A stretch of DNA of 64,000 nt from Paramoeba atlantica (lineage: Eukaryota > Protista > Discosea). The first letter of the stretch is position 1, and the number at the start of each line of letters is the position of its first letter. The notes beneath the pieces were generated by a model. The model had not been told where the DNA came from. It was given only the letters and a program-made list of their open reading frames with translations, and made no database searches. Both the position numbers and the translations under genes were made by a program. This document shows, piece after piece, positions 60,724 to 64,000 of the stretch. The DNA lies in assembly GCA_977017575.1 (NCBI GenBank), contig CDRNVI010000020.1:372001-436000 (forward strand), written 5' to 3'.

Positions 60724-62670
60724 CAGGGGTGCGGGTCTAAAGGTGGGGGGGGTCTAAAATTCGTAAAAGTTGTCCAATTTTGGAAAATAATAGCGCATTG
60801 GATAGCTCTCACAGAGTTGTATGTTTTAGGCGCATTAAAATCCTGCAATTTTAACGCACATATTTTTTAATACCATATTTCGCTTTTTTCCCTTGCAGAA
60901 ATTACATTTTTTACTAGAAAATGCCCCAAAAGCGCGCTTGCTCGAGGACTTCCCGTGGAGTACTGAGCGATAGATCGTATTCTTCCCCCGCCCCCGTCAA
61001 AGAGAGCCACCGCATTCTTGGTGGCGGAATACGAGCGCACAGGATCATACTCCGCTACGGCACAGCACTTTGGTGTTCATGAGTACACTGTAAAACGTTG
61101 GGTTGAACGTTTTACCCTTACGGGTACCCACTCGCACCCTTATCTGTCATAAACGCGGCACCCTTATCTGTCATAATGCACCCTTATCTGTCATATAAGC
61201 CGCACCCTTATCTGTCATAAACCGATTAAAAAAAGTCGACCCCTTAAAAAATATTTCAAGGCCTAAAAAAGATTTCAACCCCTAAAAAAAAATCGACCCC
61301 TAAAAAAAAATTTCAACCCCTTCCAAAAATTTACAATTTTGCTACACAGTTAACGTAAAAAATAGGTAACCTCAATTGTGGTTCCGGTGAGGCCCCGGAG
61401 TTGCGAGAGGCCTCCATATCCCACAACTACCACCTTCCCCCCCTATTTAGCGGGTGTCGCGCGAGCGACCCCTGATAAATGGGGGGAAGGTGGTAGTTGT
61501 TTTGGGGAATATGAGAGGCTGAACGCACGGAGGGGTCGGCCGGGCCAATGAGTCACGTCAAAGTGTGACGCTGAGTTCGTGGGAAGCAATTTGCGAAGCC
61601 CTAGGTGATGATCAGTTGTATTGGACGACACCGAGACAAACCACAGAAATCCCAGATACGACAAGGTCTAGATATCATAAAGAGAGAAAAAACCGGAGCT
61701 GTGGACGCGAAAAAGAATGAAAGAGATATAACAATGCGATATGCGACCGATGAGTTGAATCGATGCGTGTGCTGACTCTACCTTCCACCGTCATTCACAG
61801 AAAATTAACAAAAAATGTATTATGGCAGATAAGGGTGCAGTATGACAGATAAGGGTGCATTATGACAGATAAGGGTGCATATGACAGATAAGGGTGCATT
61901 ATGACAGATAAGGGTGCATTATGACAGATAGGGGTGCATTATGACAGATAAGGGTGCACCTTAGTGTGACAGATAAGGGTGCGGCTTATATGACAGATAA
62001 GGGTGCAGTATGACAGATAGGGGTGCAGTATGACAGATAAGGGTGCAGTATGACAGATAAGGGTGCAGTATGACAGATAAGGGTGCAGTATGACAGATAA
62101 GGGTGCATTTATGACAGATAAGGGTGCGAGTTTCTATGACAGATAAGGGTGCGGGTGCCGTGACATGTTAACGGCATCCCGAGAGCGTGTTTCGACGGTG
62201 GTTACCCCTGCGTTCCTGGATGTGGCTCTTAAGCTTATCGACGAGGGGTATGACCTTGTTTACGGCGTAGATAGCTGGAGCGATCTTCTGGTCTGTGATG
62301 GACACAGACAAAAATCTTCTTCGACCCCGAAATCGACAGCAACTGGAAGCCGCTATTGAGGGGTCTTTCCTTAAATTGAAACAGACCCACTCTGCAACGG
62401 TTCAGAAAACGTTGAAGAGTTTCAGGAAGCGTTGTGAAATTGTTATTAGTCGGAACGGGGGGCACTGTGGTTACTAATTGTCTTTTGCAATGCAAATTAA
62501 AGAAATTATTGACACCACTAAAGTATTGCAATATGTGTTTTTGACCCTTACATGAAAGGGGGGTACCCCCCAAACCCCGGGAGCTACCTATCCTAAAGCA
62601 TATAACTCTGTGAGAGCTATCCAATGCGCTATTATTTTCCAAAATTGGACAACTTTTACGAATTTTAGAC
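60724..62670 (+). mobile_element. Tc1/IS630-like element with ~80-bp inverted repeats, internally deleted and interrupted
   Basis: TA|CAGGGGTG start; 60751-60830 inverted at 62591-62670; HTH N-terminus from 60921 (..HFGVHEYTVKRWVERF) and C-terminus ..SFRKRCEIVISRNGGHCGY* ending 62477. Confidence 0.75.
61134..62157. repeat. Inserted foldback-like element: 4 inverted + ~16 tandem copies of TATGACAGATAAGGGTGCA
   Basis: GCACCCTTATCTGTCATA x4 at 61134-61218; ~20-bp unit x ~16 at 61821-62157. Confidence 0.9.
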
Positions 62671-63450
62671 TTTCTTCCGAATTTCCTCAAGCGCTTGTGC
62701 AAATACGCGGCAGTCCCCATGTTGATATCGAATCGTATACACCCCTCAAAGGATAGCAGTCCCCCCCTTAATTTTCGTACAGGTGGAGTTGAGAGCTCAT
62801 CTTTTTTTAAGAATGTGCAGAATAAAAAAGTAGAGCGTTTCCCACTATTTTTAGCTCAGTTTAGTTCGCATAAAACCAAACGCCGGGTTGGGGTCAAAAA
62901 AAAATATTACATGGATTTTTGACAATTTTTTCTCCAAAAATTGACAATTTTTTCATGAAAGAAACTCTAAAGTGCATCGAAACCGTCAATTTAGTAACCT
63001 GTGTGATCCTTACACTATCTTACACACGTTTTCTACAGAATCTATATTTTCGTAATTTTTCACTTATTTTCACACAGTTTTTTTGTCATTTTTTAGTATT
63101 TTTGCCACTTTGCTGATGAACAGTAACTTATTGCACTCCATAACAATTTTTACACGCATATCATAAGTAATAGGTCCATAGTGAAGGTTCCGAGGCCGAG
63201 AGAAATGTTTTGTCATTGGTTAAAAGGATGAATATCGGGCATAAACTTATTTTTTTAGGAAATAGTATGGTGCTTCGTCAAAATGGCGATTTTCGACCAG
63301 TATTTTTAATCTCTTTTCTTTCTCTTGAGTTTTTTCACGCTGATTCCTTCGGCAAACATACGACAAATTTCGAGATCTATCGAATGCCGAAGGAATTAGG
63401 TTAAAAGCTTGCACGACGCAAAAACGAAGGGGGGGGGGGAGTGTTATCCT

Positions 63451-63882
63451 TTAAGGGGTGTATGCCACTAATGCCGCAGGGATGTTGTCGCCGACTGCCA
63501 AATTTCCTTCGGATTTCCACAGGACACCCATTTTCATGGAGTTCCGAATCCAATCCAGAAATGCTAACAGCAGATCGTTCTTCCTGTGTTCGTCTTGATG
63601 GTACCGGGGGGCATTCCTCTCGGACGCCCCTACCCCAAAGCAGCGGCAAAGATGAGCGTCAAATTCTAGGAAACTACGATCCCGCGCGCCCACCGGGCCC
63701 TTGATAAAAATACCGTTTGTTCTCAGCTCTAGGGGCTCGAATGTTCCCTTCTCCCTACCTTCCACCCGCTCCATAGCACTTGAATAGGAGTCGAAAGGTA
63801 ACTTCTCTAGGCAATGAACCGTTACGTTCGTCGGAGGAAGAGTGAGCTCGCCGAACTTTCCGTAGTCGAATATCATAGACAT
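63451..63882 (-). other. Unassigned ORF, faint resemblance to a degenerate P-loop/SF3 helicase segment
   Basis: GIFIKGPVGA.. followed by ..HQDE.. and FLDWIRN..K.EG; weak resemblance only. Confidence 0.2.
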
Positions 63883-64000
63883 CTTTTCTTTTGCACCTTC
63901 TTAACATGTGGTAAACTAACCAATAAACCACCAAATAAACCATTTCACTGAGCGGTAAACCATGTTGGTTCGCCGCTAAACGATGTATGATAATAACAAT

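Noticed and set aside
61821-62157. CRISPR-like array
   Set aside because: The repeats are head-to-tail without unique spacers, no cas genes are present, and the context is eukaryotic.
1-64000. tRNA, rRNA genes or cis-spliced introns
   Set aside because: None recognised. Long ORFs are uninterrupted, and no covariance search could be run.

Overview
Eukaryotic DNA. It is inferred to come from a kinetoplastid, possibly a Perkinsela-like (prokinetoplastid) lineage. The grounds are intron-less host genes all on the + strand, spliced-leader (SL)-like 28-mers with the conserved ACAGTTTCTGTAC core, and a large family of short LRR genes; this taxonomic call is inference, not a database result. Conserved-looking genes are a giant MATH-domain protein, Scc2/Nipped-B, a TMEM245/AI-2E-like membrane protein and two probable mitochondrial proteins. 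About 12 LRR paralogues/pseudogenes lie among dense, nested transposon debris: two RLE-type (HERO/NeSL-like) non-LTR families, CRE-like, DIRS/TATE-like and Ingi-like fragments, Tc1/IS630, Merlin/IS1595, an IS30-like fragment and many MITEs. The most striking structure is a set of dispersed SL fragments, ATAAAGATACAGTTTCTGTACCTTGTTG (25388, 28874, 44300 minus strand, 51292, plus a partial copy at 25363), all cut at about the same 5' position. Two head ORFs (a retrotransposon and a Zn-finger ORF). Two head a conserved ~290-bp body with G-U-compensated hairpins (SL RNA gene or SL-derived SINE). Two identical copies bracket a young retrotransposon fragment inserted in an LRR gene. All alignments and identities were judged by eye.
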